Below are positions 36,481-47,753 of a stretch of 64,000 bases of DNA, piece after piece. The first letter of the stretch is position 1. Each line of letters opens with the position of its first letter. The translations under genes and the position numbers were made by a program. Below the pieces are notes generated by a model. It saw only the letters and a program-made list of their open reading frames with translations, did no database searches and was not told the origin of the DNA. Source of the DNA: Nitrospinaceae bacterium (GTDB lineage Bacteria > Nitrospinota > Nitrospinia > Nitrospinales > VA-1); NCBI GenBank assembly GCA_046754465.1, contig JBHHVU010000014.1, positions 1-64,000 on the forward strand. The letters run 5' to 3'.

Positions 36481-39279
36481 CTATGCGGTGGCGGCTTGCA
36501 GATTTTCTACACACCGGGGACAAATGGCGGTATGCTCCGTCCGTTCCATACTCTCCACGAAATAATTCCAACAGCGTTCGCACTTCCTGCCCGACATGGG
36601 TTGCGCGAATATCTTCACTCCCTCCAGAACTTCGCTGTTGTATACCCGGTCCGCGCCGTCCAGCCCGCCAACAACATCGGCCCGGGAAACAATAAAAATA
36701 AATTTCAATTCGGCGAAATCATCCTGAAGAACGGATCGGATTTTCCCGGGAAGGACCAGGCGGACTTCCGCGTCCAGCGAGTGGCCGATCACTTTTTCCT
36801 TCCGGCAGATTTCCAGGGCCTTGCTGACCTCCCCTTTCAACTCTACCAAAGTTTCCCATTTACGAACCAGGTCTTCCGGCAAATCGAATTCCGATCCATC
36901 GGGAAGGGCCGTCAGGTGGACGCTCTTTTCCGGTCCTCCGGCCGAAGGCATATAGGACCAAACCTCCTCGGCGGTGAAACTCAATATGGGAGCCATCAGC
37001 CTCGACATTCCCGACACCAGAATATGAAGCGCGGTTTGGCCCGACCGGCGTCCGGAAGAGTTCCTGGGAAAGGTATAAAGGCGGTCCTTCAGAATGTCCA
37101 GATAGAACGCACTGAGATCGACGACGCAAAAATTATAAAAATATTGATAAAACGCATGGAACTCGTAATTCTCATAGGCCTTCAATATGCGCTCACACAA
37201 TCCCTGGAACCGGTAGAGAATATAGCGGTCGATCTCCTGCAACTGGTCATGGGGCACCCGGTGGGTTCGCGGATCGAAATCGTTCAGGTTTCCCAGCAGG
37301 AACCGGAGGGTATTGCGAATCTTCCGATAGGCCTCAGTCAACCGTTTAAGAATCTCCTGAGAGATGCGGATATCTTCCCGGTAATTCTCCGAAGCGACCC
37401 AGAGCCGCAGAATTTCCGCGCCGAACTGGTCGATGATCTTCCGCGGCGCGATCACGTTGCCCGCCGATTTGGACATCTTTTTACCTTTACCGTCGACGAC
37501 GTAGCCATGGGTGAGCACGGTCTTGTAAGGCGCCCTGCCCCGGGTGCCGATCGATTCCAGCAGAGAACTGTGAAACCAGCCCCGGTGCTGGTCGCTGCCT
37601 TCGAGGTATAGGTCCGCCGGCCATTGCAGATTGGGATCGGTTTCCAATACCGCGGCGTGGCTGACCCCGGAGTCGAACCAGACATCGAGGATATCGTTTT
37701 CCATGACAAATTTCCTGCCGCCGCAGGAACAGCGTGTGTCCTCGGGAAGAAGTTCCCCGGGCTCTTTTTCGAACCAGAAATCGGCCCCGTTCCGTTCCAC
37801 CAGCTCCACGATATGCCGAAACACCCCGCCAGACCGCAAAAATTCTCCGCACGATTGGCAGGAAAAAATAGTGATTGGGACGCCCCAGGCCCTCTGCCGT
37901 GAGACACACCAGTCGGGCCGGTTTTCCACCATGCTGTAGATACGCTCCTTACCCCAATGGGGAACCCATTGAACCCGATCAATGGCTTGCAGCGCCTTTT
38001 GCCTGAGTTCCTTGAAATCCATGGAAATGAACCACTGGTTCGTCGCCCGGAAAATGATGGGCTTATGGCACCGCCAGCAATGCGGGTAGGAATGATCGAT
38101 GGTCTCCTCGGCAAGCAGGTGGCCCCGTTCCTTGAGTTTTTCGATGATGGCCGGGTTGGCCTTGGTCACGAACTGGCCACCGAAAAACTCCACATCCTGC
38201 AAAAACACGCCGCTATCGTTGACGGGATTGTACGTCTCCAGCCCATATTTCTGACCCACGACATAATCGTCCTGCCCGTGGCCGGGCGCGGTGTGGACGC
38301 ACCCCGTCCCCTGTTCCAGGGTCACGTGCTCTCCAAGAATCACCACCGAATCGCGATCGATAAACGGGTGCCGGCACACTCTCTTCTCCAGTTCCTTGCC
38401 GGTGCATTGACCCAGCACCTGGTAGTCCTTGACGTCCCATTCAAGGGTCAACGCCGCCAGCCGGTCCGACGCCACGATCAGATTCTCCCCCCCCATCTGG
38501 ACGGCCGTGTATTGAAAATCAGGGTGCACGCAAATGGCAAGGTTGGCGGGAAGCGTCCAGGGCGTCGTGGTCCAGATGACGATGGAAGTTTTTGCCGGGT
38601 CCACCTCACCCAAGGAAGGAGGCAAGGCCGATTTCACCGGAAACTTCACATAAATGGAAGGGGACTGATGGCCGGCGTATTCCACCTCCGCTTCCGCCAG
38701 GGCGGTCTTGCAGGAAGTGCACCAGTGGACCGGTTTGAGTCCCTTGTAAACCCCGCCGTTCTCCACGAATTTTCCAAATTCGCGGACAATCGCCGCTTCG
38801 TACGAGTAATCCATGGTCAGGTAAGGATGCCGCCAGTCGGCAAACACTCCGAGCCGGAGAAATTCCTCCTTTTGAATAGACACAAATTTATCCGCGTACT
38901 TTCGGCACAATTTCCGGATTTCACTTTTGGAGGGAGTTTTCTTTTTTTCCCTTTGCTCCTTGGCTACCTGATGTTCGATGGGCAGGCCGTGACAATCCCA
39001 GCCGGGAATAAAGGCGGCGTCGAAACCTTTCATGGTCATGATTTTGACGATGAAATCCTTGAGAATTTTATTGAGGGCATGCCCCATGTGGATGTGGCCG
39101 TTGGCATAAGGGGGACCGTCGTGGAAGACATATTTGGGCTTGCCTTTGGATCTTTCCCGAATTTTTCCATAAAGGTCCTCCGCTTCCCATCGGGCCAGCA
39201 TCTCCGGCTCTCTTTGGGTGAGGTTGGCCTTCATTGGAAAATCCGTCCTCGGGAGATTGAGGGTTTCCTTGTAATCCAT
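36481..39279 (-). CDS. ileS: Isoleucine--tRNA ligase (type 1)
   Basis: Starts [10 protein letters not shown] (ATG 39279); GPPYANG.IHMGH, WTTTPWT, KMSKS; C-terminal CERC..CPRC zinc site. Confidence 0.97.
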   Translation of the reverse strand: MDYKETLNLPRTDFPMKANLTQREPEMLARWEAEDLYGKIRERSKGKPKYVFHDGPPYANGHIHMGHALNKILKDFIVKIMTMKGFDAAFIPGWDCHGLPIEHQVAKEQREKKKTPSKSEIRKLCRKYADKFVSIQKEEFLRLGVFADWRHPYLTMDYSYEAAIVREFGKFVENGGVYKGLKPVHWCTSCKTALAEAEVEYAGHQSPSIYVKFPVKSALPPSLGEVDPAKTSIVIWTTTPWTLPANLAICVHPDFQYTAVQMGGENLIVASDRLAALTLEWDVKDYQVLGQCTGKELEKRVCRHPFIDRDSVVILGEHVTLEQGTGCVHTAPGHGQDDYVVGQKYGLETYNPVNDSGVFLQDVEFFGGQFVTKANPAIIEKLKERGHLLAEETIDHSYPHCWRCHKPIIFRATNQWFISMDFKELRQKALQAIDRVQWVPHWGKERIYSMVENRPDWCVSRQRAWGVPITIFSCQSCGEFLRSGGVFRHIVELVERNGADFWFEKEPGELLPEDTRCSCGGRKFVMENDILDVWFDSGVSHAAVLETDPNLQWPADLYLEGSDQHRGWFHSSLLESIGTRGRAPYKTVLTHGYVVDGKGKKMSKSAGNVIAPRKIIDQFGAEILRLWVASENYREDIRISQEILKRLTEAYRKIRNTLRFLLGNLNDFDPRTHRVPHDQLQEIDRYILYRFQGLCERILKAYENYEFHAFYQYFYNFCVVDLSAFYLDILKDRLYTFPRNSSGRRSGQTALHILVSGMSRLMAPILSFTAEEVWSYMPSAGGPEKSVHLTALPDGSEFDLPEDLVRKWETLVELKGEVSKALEICRKEKVIGHSLDAEVRLVLPGKIRSVLQDDFAELKFIFIVSRADVVGGLDGADRVYNSEVLEGVKIFAQPMSGRKCERCWNYFVESMERTEHTAICPRCVENLQAATA

Positions 39280-39364
39280 TTTATTTTCAGTTGGGTCTGT
39301 CACAGGGGTCCATTCAGAATGAGATTTATTTCCTCCACCGGGGCGGTGCCGTCCGTAACATGGG

Positions 39365-40351
39365 TTAAAACCGCATGCTCTCCTTCGCCTCCCGCAGAGT
39401 GGCGTCGGCCACCCTGGCGGCTTTTTTGGTGCCTTCTTCCAGAATTTCCCGAACCTCACCGGGCCGGGAAAAAATCTCCTTGCGTTTTTCCATGATCGGC
39501 CGCATTCCCCGCAACATGGAATCGGCCAGTTTCAATTTACAGTCGCCGCAGCCGATTTTCGCGGTCCGGCACGCGGGGATGATCTCCTCCTGCATCTCCT
39601 TAGAAGAATACAACTTGTGAAATGGGAACAGATTGCAAACATCGGGATCTCCCGGGTCCGTCCTCCGGGCCCGTTGCGGATCGGTCAACATGGACTGAAC
39701 CTTTTTCCTGATCACCTTTTCGGAATCGGCCAGGAATATCGCGTTGTTGTAACTTTTACTCATTTTCCGGCCATCCAATCCATTGAGCTTGGGGGTGTTC
39801 GAAATTTTAGCCGCCGGTTCCACAAACACCTTTTTTTTGTACAGATTGTGAAAGCGGCGAACGATCTCCCGGGAAATTTCCAGGTGCGGCGCCTGATCGA
39901 TTCCCACCGGAACATAATCGGCTTTGTATAGAATGATGTCGGCGGTTTGCAGGACAGGATATCCGAGAAACCCGTAAGAGCTCATATCCACATTTTTCAC
40001 TTCCACCTGCTTTTCCTTATAAGTTGGGTTGCGCTCCAGCCAGGGCACGGGAACGATCATCGAGAGAATCAGGTGCAGCTCGGCGTGGGCCGGGATTTTG
40101 GATTGTACGAAAAACGTGCATTTTTCCGGGTCGAGACCGGAACTCATCCAGTCGACCGCCACTTCGAAAACGTACTGTTCGATCAAATGTGGGTCTTCAT
40201 AGAGCGTGGTCAGGGCATGCCAGTCGGCAATGAAATAAAAACACTCGTATTTGTCCTGGAAATCCATCCAGTTCTGGAGCGCGCCAAAATAATTCCCCAA
40301 ATGCAGCTTTCCCGAGGGCTGCATCCCACTGAGAATGCGTTTTCGTTTCAT
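39365..40351 (-). CDS. trpS: Tryptophan--tRNA ligase
   Basis: [35 protein letters not shown]. Confidence 0.97.
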   Translation of the reverse strand: MKRKRILSGMQPSGKLHLGNYFGALQNWMDFQDKYECFYFIADWHALTTLYEDPHLIEQYVFEVAVDWMSSGLDPEKCTFFVQSKIPAHAELHLILSMIVPVPWLERNPTYKEKQVEVKNVDMSSYGFLGYPVLQTADIILYKADYVPVGIDQAPHLEISREIVRRFHNLYKKKVFVEPAAKISNTPKLNGLDGRKMSKSYNNAIFLADSEKVIRKKVQSMLTDPQRARRTDPGDPDVCNLFPFHKLYSSKEMQEEIIPACRTAKIGCGDCKLKLADSMLRGMRPIMEKRKEIFSRPGEVREILEEGTKKAARVADATLREAKESMRF

Positions 40352-40374
40352 ATTTACAATCCGCAAATCGGAAA

Positions 40375-41031
40375 TCAGGACAAACTCGCCATCAATACCT
40401 GCTGCAGCAAGGGGAACGCATCCTGGGTCAGGAACAGGACGGCGTAATTAATGGGCAATCCCAAAATAAAGCTCAGAATTCCCGTGTGGGCAAAATGGTC
40501 CATAAGGAAGACACCCAAAATCAGGAAGGCTCCAAACCGGTCATAGCGAGTCAGCGTTTCAGCCATTTTGTGGGAAACCAGCCCCTTGATGACGCTACCG
40601 CCATCCAGGGGGGCCACGGGAAGCATGTTAAAAATCGCCAGGGCCACATTGATGAACACACCAAAACTGAGTAGAACAAAGAAAACCTGATTATCCTCGG
40701 GCGTAATGATGCGGATAAAAAACCCGCAAATCACTGCCAGAACCACGTTCGACAAAGGCCCCGCCATGGCGACGTACATCATGTCCCGGCGCGGATTCTG
40801 AAAATTTCTCCAATCCACGGGAACCGGTTTCGCCCAACCAAATCCCACGAAATAGAAGAACAGGACCCCGAGCAGGTCCAAATGCCGGAAGGGATTGAAC
40901 GAAAGCCTTCCCAACCGTTTGGCGGTATCGTCGCCTAGAAGAAAGGCAACCCTGCCATGGGAATATTCGTGCACCGTCAGGGAAAACAGGATGACGGGAG
41001 TCATTAAAATCAACAACTGAGTTTTATTCAA
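40375..41031 (-). CDS. Site-2 protease (peptidase M50)
   Basis: HEYSH, GWAKPVP, AGPLSN, FNMLPVAPLDG. Confidence 0.92.
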   Translation of the reverse strand: MNKTQLLILMTPVILFSLTVHEYSHGRVAFLLGDDTAKRLGRLSFNPFRHLDLLGVLFFYFVGFGWAKPVPVDWRNFQNPRRDMMYVAMAGPLSNVVLAVICGFFIRIITPEDNQVFFVLLSFGVFINVALAIFNMLPVAPLDGGSVIKGLVSHKMAETLTRYDRFGAFLILGVFLMDHFAHTGILSFILGLPINYAVLFLTQDAFPLLQQVLMASLS

Positions 41032-41236
41032 AATCGCCTCTTGACCAACCGTAATGGAAATTGGATGTTAAATGGGATTTAAGGGTTGCAGTAGCGTCAA
41101 TGGAGGGGCCCAAGACAATGAGGCAATGAAAATTCTCGATAAAACTGCAGACCTCAATTTTATTTTAGCTTAATTCACCCCTTTTTCCCAACCCATAAAT
41201 TTCTCCACGGACTATCCACCCGCCGTTGGGCACGGC

Positions 41237-41992
41237 TTAATTCTCATCCGCGTTCCGGTTCTTCAAGGTTTTGGCGTATTTGAGGTACGTGTAAAACGCC
41301 ATGGACAGGGCCAGGAACGCGCCCAGGGACCCTTCCCGGAAACCCTGGCGCAGGAAAAAATTCTTAAAAAACACGAGGGGCGGCCGAAGATAAAGATGGG
41401 TCCAATCCGCCCGCCAGCCCGATTTCGCTTTTTCTTCCGCATAAAGGGTGGAATAGCGGTTTTGCCGGGCGATATAATCCTCCATGCCCGCGAAAGAGTA
41501 ATGCAGCAGGGGTTCCCGTAAATTGCCCAGGTCGCGGTCCGGGTGAAGTTTTTCGTGCACCAGGGATTCGGTGAAAGAGACCCGGCTCCTGTCATAAAGC
41601 CTCGCGATTCTGTCTGGATACCACCCGCCATAGCGCACCCAGCGGCCGCCAAAGAAATTCTTGCGCGGCAACTGGTAGACGGTATGACGGGGTCCCCGGG
41701 CCAGTACGTCCCGGATTTCCCGGGCGGCGGCGGCGGAGACCTCTTCGTCGGCGTCTATATTCAACACCCAGCGGTGACTGGCATGGGAGGCGCAAAGGTT
41801 TTTCTGTTTGCCGTAACCTTGCCAGTTTTCCTGGTACACGTTCCGGGTGTAAGACCGGCAAAGGTCAACGGTCCGGTCGGTGCTGAAAGTATCGAGCACA
41901 ATGATCTCATCGGCCCATTGAACGCTTTTCAGGCATCGTTCGATATTCTTTTCCTCGTTCCGGGTGATGATGGTAACCGATAATTTTTCCAT
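41237..41992 (-). CDS. GT2 glycosyltransferase (LPS core WaaE/KdtX-like)
   Basis: LSVTIITRNEEKNI, STDRT, IDADE, GWYPD; ATG at 41992. Confidence 0.9.
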   Translation of the reverse strand: MEKLSVTIITRNEEKNIERCLKSVQWADEIIVLDTFSTDRTVDLCRSYTRNVYQENWQGYGKQKNLCASHASHRWVLNIDADEEVSAAAAREIRDVLARGPRHTVYQLPRKNFFGGRWVRYGGWYPDRIARLYDRSRVSFTESLVHEKLHPDRDLGNLREPLLHYSFAGMEDYIARQNRYSTLYAEEKAKSGWRADWTHLYLRPPLVFFKNFFLRQGFREGSLGAFLALSMAFYTYLKYAKTLKNRNADEN

Positions 41993-42287
41993 CTTAATTG
42001 ATCCAGAGGTTTCGGCCGCGGGGACCACGGAAGGACTTCCCGCGGAGCCCGGATTCTTCCCGTGCCTGCCTCTTTCCACCGGGAAAACCGGGTCCGATTA
42101 TAACACCGAACGCAACTCCACATACCTTCCAAGTGATTAAAATTCCAGTATTTGTTTGAGATTGTGGTAAGATAATTCCGGACCGTCGGTGGGGAATTTA
42201 CCCGGACGCGTAAAAAATATTTTCGCGGTGTATCCTGGCGGAGCCCGCAATTTTCCAAGTTCCTGAACAGAAAATACGATTATAAAC

Positions 42288-43505
42288 ATGGTCGATGCCA
42301 TTCAAAAAGCGATTATGAACTTATGGGGCCAATTGCAGCTTCTGTTCGACCCCGAAAGCTCCTCCCTGGTCCAGGCTCTGGAACCTTTGCTGAAAAAGAC
42401 CTCTGAAAACCCTCTGGCCTTTTTGCTTTCCCTGCTGGCCCTCGTGGGCATCCCTTACGCTTTATACAAAATAAAGAAATCCAGTACGGAAGCGGGTAAA
42501 CGGCTCGACAAGCTGATTGAGGAATTAGAGAATTATGAGAGCGAAAAACCCTCCTTTTCCATGAAAAAAGACTCCCCAACCGAATCATCCAGCGAGGAAA
42601 CCGGTCCCCTGCTATGGGATAGCCTGGAAGATAAAAAAATAAACACCGGAAAGTCTCCCCCGGAAAAAGAAGAACCCTCCGCTTTTCCGGACTGGGAAAA
42701 GGAAAAAGCATCCCCGGAAGCCCTTCCCCTTGCCGGGGAGAAACTCCCTCACGCGGACTCTTCCACACCGGAACCTGGCTCTTGGGATACAAACCTGACC
42801 TATGCCGGGGATGGAAACCTGGTGGAAGCCCATGAAGAGGAAGAGGACTGGGAATCGGCGGCTCCGGCCATTTCCTCTGTTCCTGAAGCGGACTCCTCTG
42901 CGCCACAAGGGATTTCCAGCCAGGAAATTGAGGACCTGCAAAGGAACATGGAATCGACCATCGAACAATTGAGCAACCAACTGGCTCACGAGGATTTCGC
43001 GGTTTCCTTCACCCCGGAGGAAAAAGAAAATCCTATAACAGAAGAGGATTTTACAGTTCCTCCCATCCCGGTGGAAGAGGGAAATTCCTCAATGTTTGAA
43101 ATCTTGGAGGCCGATGCGAAGGAACCCACGGTAACCGATGCCGGCACGAAGGAATTCCCTGAAGCTGCCCCATCCCGCGAGGAGCCTCTCAGCCCTCCCC
43201 CGGACGAGGACTCCCCTCCGCCAACACTCGAACAGGAACCGAAAGCTCCCGTACCCAAATCGCAAAATCCTTTGATCCAACGTCTGGAAACATTTCAGAA
43301 ACACATGGAAAACCGGTTCCGGTCCCTGGAATCGAATGAGGAAATCCATCCGGAAGAAAAGGCAACGCCGGAGTTCGATCCCGAAAGGGAAGGGCTGGAA
43401 CCGACAGGAGTCAATTGTCCCCGCCAATCCGAATTGGAGGACAAGGATTATCTGGAACTGCTGGAGTCCCTCGTTTTTTTGAGGAACCAGACGAAACGCA
43501 AATAA
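42288..43505 (+). CDS. Membrane-anchored acidic, Pro/Glu-rich hypothetical protein
   Basis: One TM segment (about aa 43-61), then low-complexity E/P/S-rich sequence with short amphipathic helices. Confidence 0.75.
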   Translation: MVDAIQKAIMNLWGQLQLLFDPESSSLVQALEPLLKKTSENPLAFLLSLLALVGIPYALYKIKKSSTEAGKRLDKLIEELENYESEKPSFSMKKDSPTESSSEETGPLLWDSLEDKKINTGKSPPEKEEPSAFPDWEKEKASPEALPLAGEKLPHADSSTPEPGSWDTNLTYAGDGNLVEAHEEEEDWESAAPAISSVPEADSSAPQGISSQEIEDLQRNMESTIEQLSNQLAHEDFAVSFTPEEKENPITEEDFTVPPIPVEEGNSSMFEILEADAKEPTVTDAGTKEFPEAAPSREEPLSPPPDEDSPPPTLEQEPKAPVPKSQNPLIQRLETFQKHMENRFRSLESNEEIHPEEKATPEFDPEREGLEPTGVNCPRQSELEDKDYLELLESLVFLRNQTKRK

Positions 43506-43574
43506 CCGGACTCAAAAATCGGGGAGGCCTTGACCGGCCCGGCGGGATTCGGCCGGTGATAATTACCTATCACT

Positions 43575-44552
43575 ATGGTGGCATCAGAACACATCATCGC
43601 GGTCGGGGGCGGCAAGGGCGGGATCGGGAAAAGCATCGTGTGCACCAACCTCGCCATCGGCCTGGCCCTGAGCGGGAAAAAAGTCGTTCTCGTGGATACC
43701 GATTTCGGGGCCTCCAACCTGCACGCCTTATTGGGCATCGGCAATCCGGCTCGCGGATTTCATGATTATTTTCAGCAAAACGGCCTTGCTCCCCAATCGC
43801 TCCTCCTCGACACGGAGATCGGCAATCTCAAGTTCATAAGCGGAGCGGGGGACAGTCCGGGAAGCGCCAACATCGATCGCCAGCATGTCCAGACCATCGT
43901 CGATTTCATCCGCGGCCTGGAGGCGGACCATGTCTTTCTGGATCTCGGTCCCGGCACTCATTACAACGTTATCGACTTCTTCAATATCGGTAACCGCGGC
44001 ATCGTTCTGACCACCCCCGAAATCACATCCGTTCTGAAATCATTCAGCTTCATCCGCGCCACCCTGTTCCGCCGGATCGCGCTGGAATTTTCAGACCGGC
44101 CCGAACTTAAACGGCTGGTGGATCATTCGCGGCCCACCGAGGCCGACGTGGAGATCTACTCGGTGGATCGGCTCAAGGAAAAACTGGAAGCGATCGATCC
44201 CGGCCATTGCGCGACCGTGGACTCCGTGGTGAATTCCTTCAAGCCCGGCCTGATCGTGAACCGCGTCAGGAATAAAAATGACCTTCGTGTCGGCGAATAC
44301 CTCATCAAGCTGGTGGGCAAATATCTGGACGTGGACCTCCATTACCTGGGTTACCTCATCGAAAGCGACCGGGTCCGGGATTCCGTGGACGAAATGATCC
44401 CGTTCCTTATCAAGGAACCGGAAAGCAAACCCTCAATAAATCTGCAGGCGATCATCGGGACTTTGGCCGGCCAAGACATCCATCTAGTCAAAAGGGACGG
44501 CAAAATTTATATCGCCAGGCAGGTACCGCTCACCTCCGGCTGGAATGTATGA
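43575..44552 (+). CDS. MinD/FlhG-like ParA-family ATPase
   Basis: Deviant Walker A GKGGIGKS, DTDFGASNL, LDLGPG, TTPEITS. Confidence 0.88.
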   Translation: MVASEHIIAVGGGKGGIGKSIVCTNLAIGLALSGKKVVLVDTDFGASNLHALLGIGNPARGFHDYFQQNGLAPQSLLLDTEIGNLKFISGAGDSPGSANIDRQHVQTIVDFIRGLEADHVFLDLGPGTHYNVIDFFNIGNRGIVLTTPEITSVLKSFSFIRATLFRRIALEFSDRPELKRLVDHSRPTEADVEIYSVDRLKEKLEAIDPGHCATVDSVVNSFKPGLIVNRVRNKNDLRVGEYLIKLVGKYLDVDLHYLGYLIESDRVRDSVDEMIPFLIKEPESKPSINLQAIIGTLAGQDIHLVKRDGKIYIARQVPLTSGWNV

Positions 44553-44650
44553 ACCTTCAACCGCTCCATTTTCCTTGAACCCGGACACCCCAACCCTCTT
44601 CGGCCTAAAAAACCCCAACCCGGCATGACCGGAAAAAGGATCGGCGACCC

Positions 44651-46609
44651 ATGTGCGGGATAGCGGGAATTTTTCAATTAAACGGCGCCTCCATCGACCC
44701 GGATACCCTGGAGAAAATGACGCAATCCGCCGCGCACCGGGGACCCGACGGTTTTGGGTACACGGTGTTATCAACGCGGTCCGGCTCCTCCCTGACCCTC
44801 CACAACCAAAATCTCGACCCCCGCAAGACCCCCCTCCCCGAAGGTTCCAACGACCTGGGTCTGGGACACCGGAGGCTGGCCATCATCGATTTGACCGACG
44901 CGGCCAACCAGCCCATGACCGACGCATCCCGGGATCTCTGGATCGTTTACAACGGCGAGATCTACAACTACTTGGAACTGGCGGAGGAGCTCAGGGAAAA
45001 GGGCCACATCTTTTCCTCCGCCTCCGACACCGAGGTGGTTCTGCGGGCCTATGGACAATGGGGTGTGGATTGTCTCGAAAAACTGGAGGGGATGTTCGCG
45101 TTTGCCATATGGGATCAAGGAAAACGCCGGCTGTTCTGCGGCAGGGACCGGTTCGGCATGAAACCTTTTTATTTCTTTTATAACCGTGAGACCTTTGTAT
45201 TCGGCTCGGAAATCAAGCAACTGTTCCATTTCAACGGTGTCCCGAGAGAGGTCAATCCGCCGCTGGTTTACGATTATCTCATGCACGGTTTCACGGATCA
45301 CTCCTCCCAGACCCTGTTCAAAAACATCCGGCAACTCGAACCGGGATGTTATCTGACCGTCTCGGCGGAAAACCGGTCCCATCCTCCCGAACCAAAATCC
45401 TACTGGCAATTGAAGGAAACGGAAGTCCCTTCTTTGGCGGGAAAGGGGCATGAAGAACGATTCCGGGAAATTTTTCTAACCTCCGTCCGTAATCATCTGC
45501 GCAGCGATGTACGGGTCGGCAGCTGCCTCAGCGGCGGGATCGATTCCGCCAGCATCGTCTGTTCGGTGAACGCGATCCTGAAGGAGCAGGGCTTTTCCAC
45601 GCCTCATCAATGGACCTTCACTTCCTGTTTCCGGGAAAAGAATTTCGACGAGAGGGAATACGCCGATGCCGTCATCGAAGCCACCGGGGCAAAACACCAT
45701 CAACTTTTTCCAGACATGAACCGGGCCATGGAGGAGGTCTCCCGGATGCTGGCTTTTCACGACGAACCCTTCGGGTCCACCAGCCAGTATGCGCAGTGGT
45801 GTCTGTTCCGGGAGATCCAGAAATCGGGCACCAAGGTGGTTCTCGACGGACAGGGAGCGGATGAAATTCTCTCCGGCTATCACAACACCTATGGAGCTTT
45901 TTTCCTGGAATTGTTCCAACAGGGTCGCTGGGGAAACCTGCTGAAGGAAATCCGCCAGTGCCGGGAGCTTCATTCCTATACGAACGGGAACATCCTCAAA
46001 TTCATCGCTTCCTCCCTGGCCATCGACTGGTTTGGGATGCGGCTGGGGTTTCTGCGTCCCCGGCCTTCCTGGATGGGAGAAGATTTTTACCGCGCGGCAA
46101 AAAGAAGTTTGGCGGGACAAACGGAACGCTTTTCCCGAATGCCGCATGCCAATTTCCTCCATCACCTGATCCGGTTCAACCTGAGCGCCCTGTTGCGGTT
46201 CGAGGACCGTTCTTCCATGGCGCATTCGGTGGAGGCCCGGCTGCCTTTTCTGGATCATCACCTGGCCGAATTTTTATTTTCCCTTCCCGCTGACCTGAAA
46301 ATTCACAACGGGTGGACCAAGGCCATCTTGCGGCAGGCCATGAAAAACCGGATCCCGGAAAAAATCAGGCGCCGAAAGGATAAAATGGGGTTTGTGACTC
46401 CGGAAAGGTTATGGATGCAATCCATTCCGCAAAAGGTAATCGATGACCTGTTTTCCTCCCCGGCGGTGAGGGATTCCGGGTATTTCAACGCCGAAGCCGC
46501 CCGGCGGAAATTTCTATCCATCGCCCGGGGCGAAGCCCCCTTCAATTTCTTACCGTGGAGAATGCTGAACTTCTGCCTGTGGCTGGAAACCCTGAACCGG
46601 TCCGGTTGA
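44651..46609 (+). CDS. asnB: AsnB-family glutamine amidotransferase
   Basis: N-terminal MCGIAG, HRGPD, NGEIYN, LSGGIDS, GQGADE, EARLPFLD. Confidence 0.9.
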   Translation: MCGIAGIFQLNGASIDPDTLEKMTQSAAHRGPDGFGYTVLSTRSGSSLTLHNQNLDPRKTPLPEGSNDLGLGHRRLAIIDLTDAANQPMTDASRDLWIVYNGEIYNYLELAEELREKGHIFSSASDTEVVLRAYGQWGVDCLEKLEGMFAFAIWDQGKRRLFCGRDRFGMKPFYFFYNRETFVFGSEIKQLFHFNGVPREVNPPLVYDYLMHGFTDHSSQTLFKNIRQLEPGCYLTVSAENRSHPPEPKSYWQLKETEVPSLAGKGHEERFREIFLTSVRNHLRSDVRVGSCLSGGIDSASIVCSVNAILKEQGFSTPHQWTFTSCFREKNFDEREYADAVIEATGAKHHQLFPDMNRAMEEVSRMLAFHDEPFGSTSQYAQWCLFREIQKSGTKVVLDGQGADEILSGYHNTYGAFFLELFQQGRWGNLLKEIRQCRELHSYTNGNILKFIASSLAIDWFGMRLGFLRPRPSWMGEDFYRAAKRSLAGQTERFSRMPHANFLHHLIRFNLSALLRFEDRSSMAHSVEARLPFLDHHLAEFLFSLPADLKIHNGWTKAILRQAMKNRIPEKIRRRKDKMGFVTPERLWMQSIPQKVIDDLFSSPAVRDSGYFNAEAARRKFLSIARGEAPFNFLPWRMLNFCLWLETLNRSG

Positions 46610-46642
46610 TACCCCGTCCGGAACTGGGAATCTTGGGGGGGC

Positions 46643-47734
46643 TCAGGCTTCATACCTTTCAGCCGTGATGCGGGCGACCGTTGCCGGATCGTGCCAATGG
46701 TGAACATAGTCGCGTCCCGCGAGGGATTTTCGACGCAGAAAGGCCCGGTCTTCCAGGCACCGTGCGAGGACGTCGAAGAGGGTGGCGGGGTCGGCATCGA
46801 TGACTCCTTCCAGAACTTGTCCGGCCATGGCCGGGGGCAGGAATTGCAAATCGTCCCGGGCGATCCGCGCGATGACCGGTTTTCCCATTTTCATCGCCTC
46901 CACCGCCAGGGCTCCGTACCACCCGATCAAAATCTGATCCACCACCAGGTCGGCTTCCCCAAGGACTTCCAGCAACCTGCGGTGACCGAGGTTTTCGGCC
47001 ATCCGCACCTCGACGGCTCCGGGATATTTAGCGGCCAGTTTCTCCAGGGCTTCGACGATGAACCCCGTTCCCTTAGCGGCCCGGTCCGTCGGAGCATGCA
47101 CGATTTTGAGCGTCTTCTTATCCGCATCCGTGGGCCGATGCGGCAGGTTAGCCCACTCGGCGATGGTGTAGGGAAGGAAAGAGGATTTCCCCGGTGGCAA
47201 GAAACGCAACAGGTCCGGATTCAATGCCCAGATGTGCTCCACGTGCCGGGCCATCTTTGCGATGCCTTTTTGCCGCAGGCGGTCGCGTTCGCCGGAGTTG
47301 CACATTCCCCCGTAACACCATTCCTGATGGCAGGCGGCGACGGAAGTTCTCTGCATGGTGGGAAACTTCTGCCTTGCGTCGCAGCCGTTGTAGGTCACGA
47401 ACAATCGCGCCCGTTTCGGATAAAAGGGAAGTTCCACCTGCACGAATCCGTAACGGGGAAAATTGATCAGCGAAAGGCCGTAATTGAAATGAAATACATC
47501 GTATCGGGAACGGCATTCAAGGAACGCCTTCGCCAGTTTATATAACTTGACAGTCAGGGGCTGTCCGTTTTCCAGGTTCAGGGAGATGTCCCCCTTTTGA
47601 CCGTACTGCAAAGGTTCAGCAATCAGGACCCGGCTTTCGAGTCCCAATTCCGTTTCCGCCCTGGCAAGGCCGAAGGCATTGCCCCCGACCGCCGTGGGGA
47701 GATGCAATACTTTCAAAATCCCCTCCCTCCGCAA
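46643..47734 (-). CDS. GT-B (GT4-like) glycosyltransferase
   Basis: IVHAPTDRAAKGT, DQILIGWYGALAVEAMKMGKPV. Confidence 0.82.
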   Translation of the reverse strand: MRREGILKVLHLPTAVGGNAFGLARAETELGLESRVLIAEPLQYGQKGDISLNLENGQPLTVKLYKLAKAFLECRSRYDVFHFNYGLSLINFPRYGFVQVELPFYPKRARLFVTYNGCDARQKFPTMQRTSVAACHQEWCYGGMCNSGERDRLRQKGIAKMARHVEHIWALNPDLLRFLPPGKSSFLPYTIAEWANLPHRPTDADKKTLKIVHAPTDRAAKGTGFIVEALEKLAAKYPGAVEVRMAENLGHRRLLEVLGEADLVVDQILIGWYGALAVEAMKMGKPVIARIARDDLQFLPPAMAGQVLEGVIDADPATLFDVLARCLEDRAFLRRKSLAGRDYVHHWHDPATVARITAERYEA

Positions 47735-47753
47735 AATTCATGAACCGGGTTTT

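Noticed and set aside
35974..39495. Long plus-strand ORFs (545 and 512 aa) opposite ileS/lspA
   Set aside because: Antisense shadows of conserved GC-rich genes with no recognisable motifs. The same applies to 49022..50236, 50272..51555 and 59853..61319.
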